DNA of 64,000 nucleotides from Nemertoderma westbladi (Eukaryota > Animalia > Xenacoelomorpha). Numbering within the stretch: the first letter of the stretch is position 1; the number at the start of each line of letters is the position of its first letter. A model generated the notes under the pieces. It saw only the letters and a program-made list of their open reading frames with translations, was not told the DNA's origin and searched no databases. The DNA is taken from contig JAUCBJ010005549.1 of assembly GCA_032718475.1 (NCBI GenBank), positions 14,245-78,244 of the forward strand, written 5' to 3'. The position numbers were made by a program, and so were the translations under genes. This document shows, one piece after another, positions 61,554-64,000 of this stretch.

Positions 61554-64000
61554 TGTTCGCGCTTTCAGACCTTTGGCAGTTTAACCCGCCAAATTAGGAT
61601 GTCTTCTAGATAATAAATCACCTTTAGCCTATGACAAGTATTTAATTCACTACACTAGTCGAAACCAATCTGTGCGCGATCATTCACCCGCTGGATAATT
61701 CCCGGGAGATTGGGTTCGACGGCTTAATTTTATTGCTATGTAAGCTTAATGTATTATTCGACTGACAGTATTATATAATCTCTGACAATATTATTCACCT
61801 TCGGGAATATTAACAGTTCCTTTAGGACGTGGCGCTTTATTTATATAAACAGAGTTATGACTTAAACTACTCACAACGATATGGCTTAGTTATAATTCAC
61901 ATATATGGCGCATTCTTTAGGAAATGCTTCGTTATCAGTCTCACTCATACACAATGCTGCACAATACTGCACACTGATCTGCCGATCTTCACTGATTTTA
62001 GTTATATATAAAAGGAACACGGACTGACTCATGTAGGGTCTATCAAATAACATTAGATTCACTTCAAACCACTTTAACATAAGTCACAATCGTTATGTAT
62101 AACCTTTCTCTCTTACCTTCAGTATATCAAGAATATTGGGTTTTCGGGGTTATTTATCGTTATTCCAAATATAATAATTCATCAACCAAATTATGAAGTA
62201 CAGACAGCAAATAGCAGTATAACAATATAAAGTATGCACAGTGTTACACAGTATGCAGTGTATGCAGTACTGCAGTATGCATTGATTGCATTGAGTTAGG
62301 TTAGTCAAGATAACGGATATATGTCCTTATGATTAAGCCTACTAGTGTACGGCTAAAACAGTAAAGCACAAAATACTTCCAAGCCGTTCTTTCTTTGGCT
62401 CAGGACTGAATGTAAAACACTGCACATAGGCATTGCGTCATTTCTCGGAAATTTTCTGTACAAGGAGCCACAAAAACGCTCTAATTGGCTGACTGAACTG
62501 AGAGACGCCGTAGAACAAAGGAAATCAACACGTATGAATGTCAGCTGTTAACCGTAGTCATAGTAACTACTGTTCAAGAGTAGCTATCACCCCTTTGCGT
62601 CACGAATTGCCATAGAATCATAAAATATGCCTTTCACAGTACACATACGGAGGCAATAGGTCTTAGATCCTCTAAAAACACCGATACAGCAATAATACGG
62701 TCTCTTACACTTATTAAATCAACTACAGAGTATTTTAATGTAAAAGATAATAAAAATAACGGGGCAATTCAGCAAAGGCTTTTACACCGCTCCCAGAAAA
62801 TGGGATTTTCAGTCTATAAAATATAAAAATCACAGTTTCTAAAACCTAAAGATACTCTAAACAGTTAGTCTTTCTTGCGCGGACGGCGTTTACGCAGTTT
62901 TTTAAAGCTAGCAAGAGTCCTTTTCTCTTTGGGGGGAACCACTTTACTAGGAGGGCCATAACTCCTGGGTGAAGGGTGCAATATGATTGCATTAGAAGGT
63001 TTGGGTTTACTGTCGGTGTCTCGTCCATTTCGATATGCTTCTCCTCGAGCTGATTTTCCTCCGCTTGTCATGGGATATGTTCGTCCAAAACTCTTGCAGA
63101 GAATAGGGTTTTCTAAGCTTGATATCTTCTTAGAGATTCGAGATTTCCCAATCGAACCGAGATAAGGCCAATTCGTTTATCGATTGGACTTACTGTTATA
63201 ACTTACGTTTATCTGAACAAACGCAGGTTTCCTTTTTGATCTTTATAGAATCACGTTTAACTCGTTTCGTACAAAACTCTCCTTCACCTTGATGAAGGGT
63301 TGTATCGCGTTAAACGGGGACGACCATACGGTAGGATAGTGATATTAGGTGTCCGCATCACAATCCGGCTAGGTAAGATGGGCGGCTAGCTAGAAATCAC
63401 TGTCGGAGTGTTACCGATTAATTGTTAGGGTAGCACTAGATCTTTGAACAGTGAATACAGTCCACGAGGATCCGCGACACCACCAGGATCGCAGGTCTGA
63501 GGTCCAACTAAGGAATGAGGAGGTTTGACCGAGTATTCCGGGACTCTGATCGTAGGTTTACTCCAGGATCGTTCGAGCCGAGTGAGCATAGGTGGTACGT
63601 CAAACAAGTTTCGCTCGAAACTCCAGTAAATATAACGAGCACAACTGTGTTTAACACAACGTTTCCGTGGATGTTTATGTCTTTCCGTTTATTGGCTGGA
63701 TCTAGGGCATTTATCGTAATAATACCAAAGACGCACGTCTGGTAGGGGTAACGCGGATGATATTTATTTGTTGTTACAATGCTTCTATCAAGAATTCCCA
63801 ATATATGTTGGAGTTACCGCGTTTATTTGTTTCTTTAATGTCTTTTCTTTCGAGCCGATTTCGAATAGAATTTTCGCATTCGAATTTCAGTTTATGGTTC
63901 CGACTCCGCTGGGCAGGATATATAGTCGACATAGTCCGTATTGTGTAAATTGATAGAATGACCAGTAGTTAAGAAGCCCATATACGTACCATTACGGCTT
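61554..64000 (-). mobile_element. 3' LTR (61554-62786) and 3' internal region of an LTR element continuing beyond the window
   Basis: LTR homologous to the solo LTR at 48973-50172. On the minus strand a purine tract gggagcgg precedes TGTAAAAG. Internal region is more GC-rich with broken ORFs. Confidence 0.75.

Overview
AT-rich, intron-containing animal genomic DNA, probably from a marine invertebrate (inferred from gene content only). It is not prokaryotic, and most short ORFs in the track are spurious. Three host genes can be assembled from splice sites and reading phase: (1) the 3' part of a + strand mosaic lectin (TSP1-like exon, calcium-binding EGF exon, bulb/GNA-type lectin exon; 6765-15257); (2) an apparently complete + strand secreted PAN-PAN-tectonin protein (31630-40155); (3) the 3' end of a - strand polycystin/PKD-family channel (52214-59857). 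Much of the rest is nested mobile DNA: six fragments of one RTE LINE family, other LINE fragments, a decayed BEL/Pao pol, two related RT-less BEL/Pao-derived LTR elements, solo LTRs, a Gypsy insertion, MITEs and satellites. The most unusual items are: a 6-kb intronic element with three ~0.9-1 kb modular repeats (one inverted, two direct) around an orphan zinc-knuckle ORF with no RT or transposase; a ~57-copy minisatellite built from a 3' splice acceptor plus the start of a PKD exon; a Gypsy element that integrated with inverted LTR ends; a very young RT-less LTR element with a >1000-aa frame-preserved ORF; and a hairpin carrying a minimal hammerhead-like motif. All coordinates were read by eye and no database searches were run.
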